Shown: piece after piece, positions 9,890-18,637 of the stretch | Numbering within the stretch: the first letter of the stretch is position 1 | Layout: each line of letters begins with the position of its first letter | Source: Solirubrobacteraceae bacterium | GTDB taxonomy: Bacteria; Actinomycetota; Thermoleophilia; Solirubrobacterales; Solirubrobacteraceae | Assembly: GCA_036561645.1 (NCBI GenBank) | Contig: DATBOY010000068.1 | Span: forward strand, 16,707-80,706 | Length of the DNA: 64,000 bases | Direction of reading: 5' to 3' | Translations under genes and position numbers: made by a program | Notes under the pieces: model-generated | Told to the model about the DNA's origin: nothing | The model's database searches: none | The model's input: only the letters and a program-made list of their open reading frames with translations

Positions 9890-10231
9890 ATGCCCAACTA
9901 CTAGGCATGGCCCCCCGAAGGTAGGCTATCGTACCGATGCGCTGGTACATAGCCGGTAGCTGCAAGGTTTCCGCTCCTTTAGGATCTTGACAAGCTAATA
10001 AGGATCTGTTCTTATAGATAGCCGTAACAAGATAGAAGAATCGGCAGGTTTCCACGGTGTGGGAAAGCACGTCGAATCCTGTACGACCGTGCTCTGCCGA
10101 AAATAAAAGCTTGGGCGTCGCTCACTACCCCATTTGGTGGCGCTCAGGGAGCCTTCGGCGCTTTGTCCCCATTAAGTGCTGGAGGTCCTCTCATCGGGCG
10201 CCGTGGCCAACACCCCTTGGCCACGGCGCCC
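9890..10231. ncRNA. Candidate structured non-coding RNA / cis-regulatory RNA (family not identified)
   Basis: AT-rich gap with consecutive helices: GGCTAT-GTACC/GGTAC-ATAGCC (9924-9954); three-way junction 10041-10100; GGGCGTCGC/GTGGCGCTC (10113-10145); 15-bp hairpin 10196-10231. Confidence 0.4.
10196..10231. terminator. Perfect 15-bp stem-loop (terminator-like, no U-tract)
   Basis: GGGCGCCGTGGCCAA-CACCCC-TTGGCCACGGCGCCC. Confidence 0.55.
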
Positions 10232-10415
10232 CCCCAATGTCCACTGCGAGGCCTCGCTGCCCACCAGAAAGGCCTCTGGCCTCTCTGTCCAGCGGAAAGG
10301 CCTACGAGGCCTATCTGCCGACCGGGAAGGCCTATAGGCCGACCGGAAGCCCTCTCTGCCGACCGGACGGCCTCTACGTTCACCAGGAAGGACCCTTTAC
10401 ACTACACGGGAGCGA

Positions 10416-11069
10416 TCAAAGGTCAAGCCTGCTGACGCCCAGCTCGTCGAAGCCGACGTGGTGGGCCAGCTCGTGACGCACGGTGCGCGTCACCTGATCG
10501 CGCAGCAGATCGGCGTCGTGCCCGAAGTCGCGTCGCAGCGTGTCGCGGAAGATCATGATCCTGTCGTGCGTGTCGTTGCGGCGCGTCTGCCCTCCCTGGT
10601 AGAGACCGTACGCGCCGACCTGGCGACCGCCGTCGGAGACGACGACGGGCACGTGGCGCAGGGCATTGCGCAGCAGGTCGGGCAGATCGTCGAGCGCATC
10701 GCGCACCAGCTCTTCGAAGTCGCTGTCGTTGAGAGGGTCCAGCTCCATGAACTCCTCTTCCCCCGGCTCCGCCGCCAGCCCTTCGCGCGCCAGCTCCTCC
10801 GAGCGCACTACCAGCGCTTCGAACTCCCGCTCGGATTCGGGGTCGCGCCAGTCGGCCAGCCGCACGGCGACGAAGGCCGCACAGCCGATCACCACCGCCA
10901 TCAGCACGACACCGAGGGCCACATCCTCGACCAGCCGCACGGCGCCGATCGTGCTGAAGCCCTGACCGACGACGACCACCACGAGGCCGAGCGAAAGCGC
11001 GATCAGAGCCGCGACGCCCACACGCCGAACGTGGCCGAAGGCGCTTGGCGACCTCGACGCACGCACCAC
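10416..11069 (-). CDS. Zincin-like (Zincin_1) metallopeptidase with N-terminal membrane segment
   Basis: 'FEELVRDALDDLP', 'YGLYQG', 'DRIMIFR', HExxH 'RHELAHHVG'; two N-terminal hydrophobic helices. Confidence 0.8.
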   Translation of the reverse strand: MVRASRSPSAFGHVRRVGVAALIALSLGLVVVVVGQGFSTIGAVRLVEDVALGVVLMAVVIGCAAFVAVRLADWRDPESEREFEALVVRSEELAREGLAAEPGEEEFMELDPLNDSDFEELVRDALDDLPDLLRNALRHVPVVVSDGGRQVGAYGLYQGGQTRRNDTHDRIMIFRDTLRRDFGHDADLLRDQVTRTVRHELAHHVGFDELGVSRLDL

Positions 11070-11073
11070 GGAC

Positions 11074-12219
11074 CTACTTGAGCGTGCGGGCGATCACGAG
11101 CCGCTGGATCTCGTTCGTGCCCTCGTAGATCTGAGTGATCTTCGCGTCCCGCATCATGCGCTCCACCGGATACTCCTTGACATAACCGTAGCCGCCGAGC
11201 ACCTGCACAGCCTCGATCGTGACGGCCATCGCCGTATCGGAGGCGAAGACCTTCGCCATCGAGGAGTACTGCGCGCGCCGGGGGTCCTGCCGGTCGGCCA
11301 TCGCGCACGCCTTGTACAGCAGCTCGCGCGCGGCCGCCGTGCGCGTCTGCATGTCGGCGAGCTTGAACTGGATCGCCTGGAACTCGTTGATCGCCTTGCC
11401 GAACTGCCGGCGCTCGCGCGCGTAGGCGACGGCGTAGTCGGTCGCGCCCTGGGCGATGCCGACGGCCTGCGCGGCGGCGCCCAGGCGCGTGCGCTCGAGC
11501 GTGCTCAGCGCCACCTTCAAGCCGCGGCCGACCTCGCCGATCACGTTCTCGTGCGGCACGCGCACGTCCTCGAAAATCGGCTGCCCGGTCGGCGAGGCGC
11601 GGATGCCGAGCTTGTGCTCAAGCTTGCCGACGCTGAACCCGGGGCGGTCCGCCTCGACCACGAACGCGGTGATGCGCCGGCTCTCGCGATCGGTGACGGC
11701 GAAGCAGATGTAGAAGTCGGCGACGCCGAGATTGGTGATCCAGTTCTTCGTGCCGTTGATCACCCACTCCTCGCCGTCTCTGACTGCGGTGGTCTTCATG
11801 CCCGCGGGATCGGACCCGGCCTCCGGCTCGGACAGCGCGAACGCCGGGGACCACTCCCCGCTCGCGCACTTCGGTAGGAAGCGCTCCTTGAGCTCCTCGG
11901 AGCCGAACAGCTGGATCGGCAGCGTCCCGAGCTCCTGCACCATCAGGATCAGCGCGCACGCGGCGTCGACCTTGGCGATCTCCTCGACCGCCATGTTCAG
12001 CATCAGCGTGCCGGTGCCGGTGCCCCCGTGCTCGATTCCAAACGGCAGACCGAGGATGTCCTGCTCGCCCAGGATCTTGCGGATGTCCCACGGGTATTCC
12101 GCCTGCTCGTCGATCTCCGCCGAGCGCGGCGCGATCTTCTCGCGCGCGATCTCGCCGATCGTCGCGCAAAAGTCGAGGTGCTCCTGGGGAATCGTGTAGA
12201 CGTCGCCGAGTGCCTGCAT
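11074..12219 (-). CDS. Acyl-CoA dehydrogenase
   Basis: 'FALSEPEAGSD', 'INGTKNWITN', 'RRQFGK', 'VLGGYGYVKEYPVERMMRDAKITQIYEGTNEIQR'; start ATG 12219. Confidence 0.95.
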   Translation of the reverse strand: MQALGDVYTIPQEHLDFCATIGEIAREKIAPRSAEIDEQAEYPWDIRKILGEQDILGLPFGIEHGGTGTGTLMLNMAVEEIAKVDAACALILMVQELGTLPIQLFGSEELKERFLPKCASGEWSPAFALSEPEAGSDPAGMKTTAVRDGEEWVINGTKNWITNLGVADFYICFAVTDRESRRITAFVVEADRPGFSVGKLEHKLGIRASPTGQPIFEDVRVPHENVIGEVGRGLKVALSTLERTRLGAAAQAVGIAQGATDYAVAYARERRQFGKAINEFQAIQFKLADMQTRTAAARELLYKACAMADRQDPRRAQYSSMAKVFASDTAMAVTIEAVQVLGGYGYVKEYPVERMMRDAKITQIYEGTNEIQRLVIARTLK

Positions 12220-12240
12220 AGTCGTGATCCTACTGATACG

Positions 12241-12306
12241 GGGTGGGATGTCTCGCGCGGCAGGGGTGGGATGTCTCACGCGGCAGGGGTGGGATGTCTC
12301 ACGCGG
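12241..12306. repeat. 23-bp tandem repeat x3 in divergent promoter
   Basis: GGGTGGGATGTCTC(G/A)CGCGGCAG at 12241, 12264 and 12287 (last one partial). Confidence 0.9.
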
Positions 12307-12388
12307 ATGGAGTGCGACGGCTGACCCGGCGCCGCGCCCCCCTTGGTTTCGCCGGCCCGCCGATCCCGCGGGCCGCTACGCTCCGTCG

Positions 12389-12745
12389 ATGAGCCCGACC
12401 GAGCAGTTCGAGGAGATCGAGATCGACCCCGAGCGCCTCGCGCGGTGGCTGGTCGAGGACCCGACGACGCAGCTCGTGGACGTGCGCGAGACCTACGAGC
12501 GCGACGCCGGCCACATTGCCGGCAGCCGGCACATAGAGCTCGTGCGCCTCTCCGAGGAGGCGGCGAGCCTCGACCGGGAGCGCCCAGTCGTCTTCTATTG
12601 CCGGGTCGGCTCGCGCTCGGACATGGCCGCGCAGGCGTTCCGCGCGTCCGGCTTCCAGGCTCACTCGCTGCGCGGCGGCCTCGTGCGTTGGGTGGCCGAG
12701 GGCCGTCCGCTGACCCCCGAAGACGGCCGTGTGGCCGATCACTGA
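12389..12745 (+). CDS. Rhodanese-like domain protein
   Basis: 'LVDVRE', 'GHIAGS', active-site 'YCRVGSRS', 'LRGGLVRW'. Confidence 0.9.
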   Translation: MSPTEQFEEIEIDPERLARWLVEDPTTQLVDVRETYERDAGHIAGSRHIELVRLSEEAASLDRERPVVFYCRVGSRSDMAAQAFRASGFQAHSLRGGLVRWVAEGRPLTPEDGRVADH

Positions 12746-12767
12746 CCAAGCACAGGAGACGATGCAG

Positions 12768-13211
12768 ATGGAGACTTCCGAGTTCCCCGGTGTCACGCAC
12801 GGAGACGGCTACGCCGTTGCCCACCTCGACGACCTCGGCGAGGGCTACGGCTTTCGCAAGGTGCGCAAGGGCCTGGGCGTCAGCGCCTTCGGCGTCAACG
12901 CGATCGTGATGCCGGCGGGGTATGAAACGGGCAGCCACTTCCACGACGAGCAGGAGGAGCTGTATTTCGTGCACCGCGGCACGATCGAGATGGAGTTCGG
13001 CGACGGCTCCGTGCAGCGCCTGCAGGAGGGCGCGTTCGCGCTCGTCGGAGCGCCGACGCTGCGCAAGGTCCGCAATGTCGGCGAGGGTGACGCCGTGTAC
13101 CTGTGCGCCGGCGGCAAGGACGGCTACGTCGGCCGCGACGGGCGCCTGCCCGAGGGCGAGTCGCGCGTCGGCGGCGGACCCCCGGGAGCGCCGCGGGACG
13201 CGGGAGCGTAG
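12768..13211 (+). CDS. Cupin domain protein
   Basis: 'HFHDEQEELYFVHRG'; RBS AGGAG. Confidence 0.85.
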   Translation: METSEFPGVTHGDGYAVAHLDDLGEGYGFRKVRKGLGVSAFGVNAIVMPAGYETGSHFHDEQEELYFVHRGTIEMEFGDGSVQRLQEGAFALVGAPTLRKVRNVGEGDAVYLCAGGKDGYVGRDGRLPEGESRVGGGPPGAPRDAGA

Positions 13212-13216
13212 GCGCG

Positions 13217-13627
13217 ATACCCGAGGAGCTCCGCATCACGAACGATCTGGCGATCCCCATCGCAGAGGTGGTGTTGCGCGCAAGCCGCTCCTCGGGTCCC
13301 GGCGGCCAGCACGCAAACGTCACCGCTTCGCGCATCGAAGCGAGCTTCGATGTGCGCGCCTCGCCGAGCCTCAGCGAGGTCCAGCGCGAGCGCCTGCTCG
13401 CCCGCGTGGGGGCACGCGTGGTCGCCGTCGCGCAGGACGAGCGCTCGCAGGCGCGCAACCGCGAGCTGGCGCTGGAGCGCCTCGCCGAGCGGCTGCGACG
13501 CGCGCTCGCCGTGCCCCGTACGCGCCGGCCGACGCGCCCGACGGCCGCTTCGCGCGAGCGCCGCCTCGCCGCCAAGCGCCGCGCCGCCACGCGCAAGGAC
13601 GAGCGCCGCCCGCCGCAGGAGAGCTGA
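13217..13627 (+). CDS. arfB: Alternative ribosome-rescue peptidyl-tRNA hydrolase ArfB (apparent ATA start)
   Basis: 'SRSSGPGGQHANVT', 'DERSQARNRE', basic tail 'RRPTRPTAASRERRLAAKRR'; expected Met position is ATA at 13217. Confidence 0.88.
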   Translation: MPEELRITNDLAIPIAEVVLRASRSSGPGGQHANVTASRIEASFDVRASPSLSEVQRERLLARVGARVVAVAQDERSQARNRELALERLAERLRRALAVPRTRRPTRPTAASRERRLAAKRRAATRKDERRPPQES

Positions 13628-13729
13628 CGGACCGCGATCGGCGAGGGCGTTTTGACCTCCGGCGGGGCGCTCACCCGCAGCGCTGGTTGACCACAGCGCT
13701 GGTTGACCACAGCCGCGAGAGGGTCGATC

Positions 13730-14449
13730 CTACGCCGGCGCGAGCGGCGGCGTGCGCCCCTGGCGCCGCGCCGCCTCCTCGACCACGGCCAGAACCTCAA
13801 CCGGGCCCTCGGCGCTCTGCAGCAGCCCCAGGTCCTCTTCCAGGATGTTCCCGCTCTGCAGCATCCGCTCGCGCAGCCAGTCGAGCAGGCCGCGCCAGTA
13901 GCCGTCGCCGAGCAGGATCACCGGGAAGTGCAGGATCTTGTGAGTCTGGATCAGGGTCAGCGCCTCGAACAGCTCGTCCATCGTGCCGAAACCCCCGGGC
14001 AGCACTACGAAGGCGCTCGAGTAGCGCACGAACATCACCTTGCGCGTGAAGAAGTAGTGGAAGCGCAGGGAGATGTCAACATACGGGTTGAACCGCTGCT
14101 CGAACGGCAGTTCGATGTTCAGCCCGACCGACACCGCGCCGGCCTCGCGTGCGCCCTGATTGGCCGCCTGCATACTGCCCGGCCCGCCGCCCGTGAGGAT
14201 CGCGAAGCCCGCGGCGCCGAGCATCCTCGCGGTCTCGCGCGCGAGCGCGTACGCAGGAGCGTCGATCGCCGTGCGGGCGGAGCCAAACAGCGCTACCCCG
14301 CGCTCGATTCCGCTGAGCGTCGCGAAGCCCCGCGCCATCTCGCTGCGCATCCGCGCCAGGCGCTCCTCGTCGCTCAGCGCGCTTTCGACGGCCGGGTGCT
14401 CGGCGCACAGCAGCTCCTCATCGGAGGTGAGGGGTGCGCGCAGAGCCAT
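13730..14449 (-). CDS. LOG family nucleotide phosphoribohydrolase (TIGR00730-like)
   Basis: 'LFGSART', 'TGGGPGSM', 'RKVMFV', 'PGGFGTMDELFE'. Confidence 0.92.
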   Translation of the reverse strand: MALRAPLTSDEELLCAEHPAVESALSDEERLARMRSEMARGFATLSGIERGVALFGSARTAIDAPAYALARETARMLGAAGFAILTGGGPGSMQAANQGAREAGAVSVGLNIELPFEQRFNPYVDISLRFHYFFTRKVMFVRYSSAFVVLPGGFGTMDELFEALTLIQTHKILHFPVILLGDGYWRGLLDWLRERMLQSGNILEEDLGLLQSAEGPVEVLAVVEEAARRQGRTPPLAPA

Positions 14450-14450
14450 C

Positions 14451-16061
14451 TCAGTTCAGCAGTTCTTTGACGTAGCGCTGGTGCAGACGCCCGAGCGGCG
14501 TCTTTTCCGGTTCGAAGCCGACCGCATGGAAGATCGTGCCGGTCAGCGGCGCCCAGGCGAGCACGAAGAAGGCGCCGAACGCGAGCGCCGTGTTGCGCAG
14601 GGCGCGCGAGCGCGACAGCGCCGCCATCGGCAGCACCCACAGCACGTACCACGGCAGCACCCAGCTGAGCGTCACGAACAGCGCGACCGACGCCCACCCG
14701 GCGGCCGTCAGGGAATCGCGTTTGCGCCAGGCCATCGCGCACACGAGCGCCAACCAGGCGACAAGCACGAGACTGAGCGTGTGACGCAGGGCGTCGCTCT
14801 CGCCGCCTTCGCCCAGCGCGAGGCCCAGCAGGTTGGAGGGGCTCAGCACCGTCACCAGGCGCCCCTGGGTGCTGAGGTCGGGCAGGTGCAGGCCGAACGC
14901 CATGACGCTCGCGGCGGCGAGCACCGCGCCGCCCACGAGCATTCCGATCGCAACCTGGATCAGGCGCCGCGGCGCCTTCAGCAGGCCGGCGAGCACGACC
15001 GGCAGCAGCACGCCCGCCGAGGCCTTGATCGCCACGGCCGCGAGGAACGCGGCGCCGGCGGCGAGTTCCAGCGGCGCGAGCGGGAGCAGCAGCCCGCGCC
15101 CTCGCGCGAGCAGGCCGGGTTCGCGCGAGGGCGCGTCGCGCAGGCTCAGACCATCGGGCGGCTGCTCCTCCTGCACCGGCCCCTTCGACACCCCCGCGAT
15201 CACCGCCCCCGCGCGCAGCAGCAGATAGAAGCCGAGCATCACCGGCAGCATCATGATGAAGTCGTTGTGGTCCCCTCCCAGACCCCACACGAGCACCACG
15301 GGGTTCAGGCCGACCAGCACGATCGCCCGCACGGGGTCGCGTCCGAGCAGGCGCGCGCACTTCCAAACCAGCAGAATCGTGCCCAGGCTCGCTGCCATCA
15401 GGATGCCCTTGAACGCCCAGAAGGAGGCGGCCACCCCCAGTGGCACCACGGCGAACGTGATCAGCGTGAACAACGGCCCATAGGGGCTCAGCAGATGATG
15501 CCAGTTGCTGAGGTCGAAGCTCGGATCGCCGTGGGGCTCGTAGATCGGCACCGTCGTGTACGGGTTGAGGTGGTGCACCACCTCCATGCGCGCGTAGTTG
15601 ACATAATTGAAGATGTCCGTGAGCGCCAGCGGGGGCGCCAGAAAAAAGATCGCGTGCACCGCCACGACCGCGGCGATCGTCCAGCGCGCGCGCAGGCTCG
15701 GTGCGTAACGAAGACCGAGCAGATAGGCGATGTACATCGCCAGCAGGGCCACGCTGAACACCCACTTGAGGGCTTCTCCGCTGCGCGGGAACCCCGGCCA
15801 CAGTCCCCCGAGCGGACCCGCCAGCCAGCCGGGAAAGAAGTGCGCGTGGGTGGGCGGATATGTGGGACGGTCGGCCGCCACGACCGTGATCAGCGCACTG
15901 CCGAGCACAATCGCCAGCAGCGTGGCGGTGCCCACCACCGCAGCGCCGCGGGCGGCCACCCGAGCGTGCTCGCTGTCGCTGTCGCCGGCCGCCTCGCGCT
16001 GCCCGTGGGCATCGCCGAGGAGCGGGCCGCGAAGGGGGAGTGTCGTGGCGTCGCTTGACAT
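14451..16061 (-). CDS. GT-C membrane glycosyltransferase, MptB/alpha-1,6-mannosyltransferase-like
   Basis: 'APPLALTDIFNY', 'NPY', 'SPYGPLF', 'NPVVL...GGDHNDFIM', 'IKAS', 'PWY'; multi-TM. Confidence 0.8.
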   Translation of the reverse strand: MSSDATTLPLRGPLLGDAHGQREAAGDSDSEHARVAARGAAVVGTATLLAIVLGSALITVVAADRPTYPPTHAHFFPGWLAGPLGGLWPGFPRSGEALKWVFSVALLAMYIAYLLGLRYAPSLRARWTIAAVVAVHAIFFLAPPLALTDIFNYVNYARMEVVHHLNPYTTVPIYEPHGDPSFDLSNWHHLLSPYGPLFTLITFAVVPLGVAASFWAFKGILMAASLGTILLVWKCARLLGRDPVRAIVLVGLNPVVLVWGLGGDHNDFIMMLPVMLGFYLLLRAGAVIAGVSKGPVQEEQPPDGLSLRDAPSREPGLLARGRGLLLPLAPLELAAGAAFLAAVAIKASAGVLLPVVLAGLLKAPRRLIQVAIGMLVGGAVLAAASVMAFGLHLPDLSTQGRLVTVLSPSNLLGLALGEGGESDALRHTLSLVLVAWLALVCAMAWRKRDSLTAAGWASVALFVTLSWVLPWYVLWVLPMAALSRSRALRNTALAFGAFFVLAWAPLTGTIFHAVGFEPEKTPLGRLHQRYVKELLN

Positions 16062-16063
16062 GC

Positions 16064-16090
16064 TGAGGACCCGCCGAAAGCGGGTCCTCA
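16064..16090. promoter_or_regulatory. Perfect 11-bp hairpin abutting the start codon of the GT-C gene
   Basis: TGAGGACCCGC-CGAAA-GCGGGTCCTCA, 2 nt upstream of ATG 16061 on the minus strand. Confidence 0.5.
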
Positions 16091-16110
16091 AAGGTTAGAC
16101 GTATGTCGGC

Positions 16111-16133
16111 AAAACTCCCTCTGCGAGGAGCCC
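16111..16133 (-). terminator. Probable intrinsic terminator of the csp gene
   Basis: Minus strand GGGCTCCTC-GCA-GAGGGAG followed by TTTT. Confidence 0.5.
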
Positions 16134-16175
16134 GCCCACTGTGTCGTGGCCGCCCGAGAGCGACCTGCCGCTGGA

Positions 16176-16379
16176 CTAGATCGAGCTGACGTTGACCGCC
16201 TTGGGTCCCTTGTCGCCCTGCTCGGCGTCGTAGGAAACCTTCGAACCCTCCTGCAGCGAGCGGTAACCCTCGCCGTTGATCCCTGTGTGGTGAACGAACA
16301 GATCCTTGTCGCCGTCATCGGGGGTGATGAAGCCGAATCCCTTGTCGTCGCTGAACCACTTCACGGTGCCGGTAGGCAT
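16176..16379 (-). CDS. cspA: Cold-shock protein
   Basis: '[15 protein letters not shown]', 'LFVHH', 'GDKGPKA'; RBS GGAGG; 67 aa. Confidence 0.95.
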   Translation of the reverse strand: MPTGTVKWFSDDKGFGFITPDDGDKDLFVHHTGINGEGYRSLQEGSKVSYDAEQGDKGPKAVNVSSI

Positions 16380-16621
16380 GTGATGTTTCCTCCACGGTAC
16401 GTGCGTGCTGCTGCGCGGAGGATGCTGCGAGAGCTTCGACCTGCGAGAGCCTGCACTGCTTTTCGCCGGTCCTTGCGCCGGCCATACGCCCACGAAGGTA
16501 GCAGGTCCGGCCGGGCTCGTGTTAGCAAGTGGTATTTGCGCCGCAACGGTCCTGCCTGCGCCCCAGACGCGCCGGTCGTGCCTGCGCTCCAGACGCGACG
16601 GGCCTCCCTCCGCGCACGACC

Positions 16622-17326
16622 TCAGGGGGTGCGCGCAGGGGGCGTCGGAGCGGCTCGCTGAGTGACGATCGCCACGTTCAGGACCACGCTGTTGGGGACG
16701 AGCACCAGGCCGTCGCCGGTGGCGAGCGTCGTGTACAGCAGCCCCAGCGAGCTGACGACACCGTCAAGCTGGCCGGCGATCTGGCCGCCCTGCAGACGCA
16801 CGCGGTCGCCCACGCGGAACGGGCCGGCGCTGAGCAGGACCGCGCCGGCGATCACGTTGCCGAGCGTCTGCTGCGCGGCCAGGCCGACGATCACAGCGGT
16901 GAAGGCGCCGCCCAGCAGCAGCGTCGCGGGGTCCACGCCGGCCACCGCCAGCGCCACGAGCAGGGCGCCGGCCACCGTCGCCAGGCGGATCAGGAAGCCG
17001 ACCGTGCCGGCCGTCGCGGGCTCCATGCGCCGGAACAGCGCCGGCCCCAGGCCCCGTCCGAAATCCCGCGCGATCGCCCAGCCGAGCGCCACCAGGACGA
17101 CCACGACGAGCACCGCCAGCGGCGTTTCGAGTCCGTTCGGAACGCCGAACAGGCGCTTGCGGTTGTCGTAGAGCACCACGATCGCGACGAACAGCGCCGC
17201 CAGCAGCAGCGCCTCCAGGCGTGCGCGGCGCGCCGCGCCCGGGCGCACCTGATCGAGCAGGCCGACGTCCTCCCAGGACTGGCTGCGGGTCTCGAACATT
17301 TTCGGGGGGGTTCTCGGCAGCGTCAT
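16622..17326 (-). CDS. mscS: Small-conductance mechanosensitive channel (MscS family)
   Basis: '[14 protein letters not shown]', 'PFRVGDRV', 'VLVPNS'. Confidence 0.85.
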   Translation of the reverse strand: MTLPRTPPKMFETRSQSWEDVGLLDQVRPGAARRARLEALLLAALFVAIVVLYDNRKRLFGVPNGLETPLAVLVVVVLVALGWAIARDFGRGLGPALFRRMEPATAGTVGFLIRLATVAGALLVALAVAGVDPATLLLGGAFTAVIVGLAAQQTLGNVIAGAVLLSAGPFRVGDRVRLQGGQIAGQLDGVVSSLGLLYTTLATGDGLVLVPNSVVLNVAIVTQRAAPTPPARTP

Positions 17327-17358
17327 CTGTTCTCGCAATGATCTACGCTTCGGCGGCG

Positions 17359-17625
17359 ATGAGTGCTGGCACGTTGCGCAAGTTGGTCATCCCGGCCATA
17401 GTCCTCGGCGTCGTGCTGCTGGTCGTGGCGGTCGTGTACTTCGTCACGCCGGAGCACTCGCTGCCCTCGTTCTTCCCTGGTCACGCCTCGGTCGGCAGCG
17501 CCGAAGCCAACCATCATCACACCAAGCACGGCATCGCCGCGCTCGTCGTGGCGCTCGGGTGCTTTGCGTTCGCGTGGTTTCAGACGGGCCCGAAGACGAG
17601 CTCCGCCGCCGGGTCGAGCGCGTAG
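17359..17625 (+). CDS. Small 2-TM membrane protein with His-rich loop
   Basis: Two hydrophobic helices flanking 'HSLPSFFPGH...HHHTKHG'. Confidence 0.7.
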   Translation: MSAGTLRKLVIPAIVLGVVLLVVAVVYFVTPEHSLPSFFPGHASVGSAEANHHHTKHGIAALVVALGCFAFAWFQTGPKTSSAAGSSA

Positions 17626-17633
17626 CCGACGGC

Positions 17634-18509
17634 TCAGCCTTCCAGCGCGAACACCAGCGTGGCGATCAGGCCGAGCCCGATGCAGTACACGCCGAACGGC
17701 GTCAGCCGGTTGCTCTGGAAGTAGCGCAGCAGGAACTTCACGGCGAAGAACGTCGTGAGCGCCGCGCACAACCCCGCGACGAGCGCCGGCCCGCGTACGC
17801 CGTTGCCCTGCGAGCCGAGCAGTTCCGGCAGCTTCAGCGCCGCCGCCGCGAGGATGATCGGGGTCGCCAGCAGGAAGCTGTAGCGCGCCGCGTCCTCGTT
17901 GGAGAGCCCGACCAGCAGCCCTCCCCCCATCGAGAAGCCCGAGCGTGAGATGCCGGGGATCAGCGCCGCCGCCTGCGAGGTGCCGACGGCGATCGCCTGG
18001 CGCCAGCCGAGCTTGGCGATGCGCGCGTCGCCGTCGCCGAGATAGTCGCCCGGACGCGGCGGGCGCTTGCGCAGCCGCTCGAAGAACAGCAGCGCGATGC
18101 CGTTGACGATCAGGAAGATCGCCGCAAGCGACGCCGAGGCGAACAGCGAGCGCAGCGGCTTCTCCAGCAGCAGGCCGACTATGCCCGCCGGGATCGTTCC
18201 GACGACGAGCACCCAGCCCAGGCGCGCGTCGACATCGTCCTCGCGGATCTCGCGCATCTGCAGCGAGCGCCAGATGCCCTTGGCGATCCGCACCCAATCC
18301 TTGAAGAAGAACCCAAGCAGCACGAGCGCCGTCGCGAGGTGGGTCGCGACCAGGAAGGTGAGGAAGAACGAGTCGTTCTGGTGGATGTTCCAGCCGAAGA
18401 TGCGCGGCAGCACGACGCCGTGGCCGAGGCTCGATATCGGGAACGGCTCGGCGACGCCCTGGACTAAGCCGAGGATCACCGCCTGGAAGTAGGAGATCGG
18501 GTCGTGCAC
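17634..18509 (-). CDS. uppP: Undecaprenyl-diphosphate phosphatase
   Basis: 'GLVQGVAEPFPISSLGH', 'ALIPGISRSG', 'AARYSFLL'. Confidence 0.93.
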   Translation of the reverse strand: MHDPISYFQAVILGLVQGVAEPFPISSLGHGVVLPRIFGWNIHQNDSFFLTFLVATHLATALVLLGFFFKDWVRIAKGIWRSLQMREIREDDVDARLGWVLVVGTIPAGIVGLLLEKPLRSLFASASLAAIFLIVNGIALLFFERLRKRPPRPGDYLGDGDARIAKLGWRQAIAVGTSQAAALIPGISRSGFSMGGGLLVGLSNEDAARYSFLLATPIILAAAALKLPELLGSQGNGVRGPALVAGLCAALTTFFAVKFLLRYFQSNRLTPFGVYCIGLGLIATLVFALEG

Positions 18510-18544
18510 AGGGAGGCATAGCCTATTGGCCACGCCCGCCGAGT

Positions 18545-18583
18545 GGCGTCGCCGCGAGGGCGTCGCCGCCTCGCGGCGACGCC
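18545..18583. terminator. 15-bp GC-rich stem-loop between co-directional genes
   Basis: GGCGTCGCCGCGAGG-N9-CCTCGCGGCGACGCC. Confidence 0.5.
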
Positions 18584-18637
18584 GAACGTCATCGCAACCT
18601 CAGCCGACGACACCCGCGGCGACCGCGGGCTCCGCGC

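Noticed and set aside
10144-10195. Glycine riboswitch (minus-strand CGCCGAAGG) or c-di-AMP riboswitch (GAATCC)
   Set aside because: The remaining conserved elements (GCAA..CTCAGG; GGGGAACC..GCTAAC) are absent.
3214-16058. Long alternative-frame ORFs (e.g. 3214..5199, 8350..9924, 14160..16058; likewise 38545..40662 and 59107..61203)
   Set aside because: Arg/Ala/Pro-rich shadow frames typical of high-GC DNA, overlapping well-supported genes.
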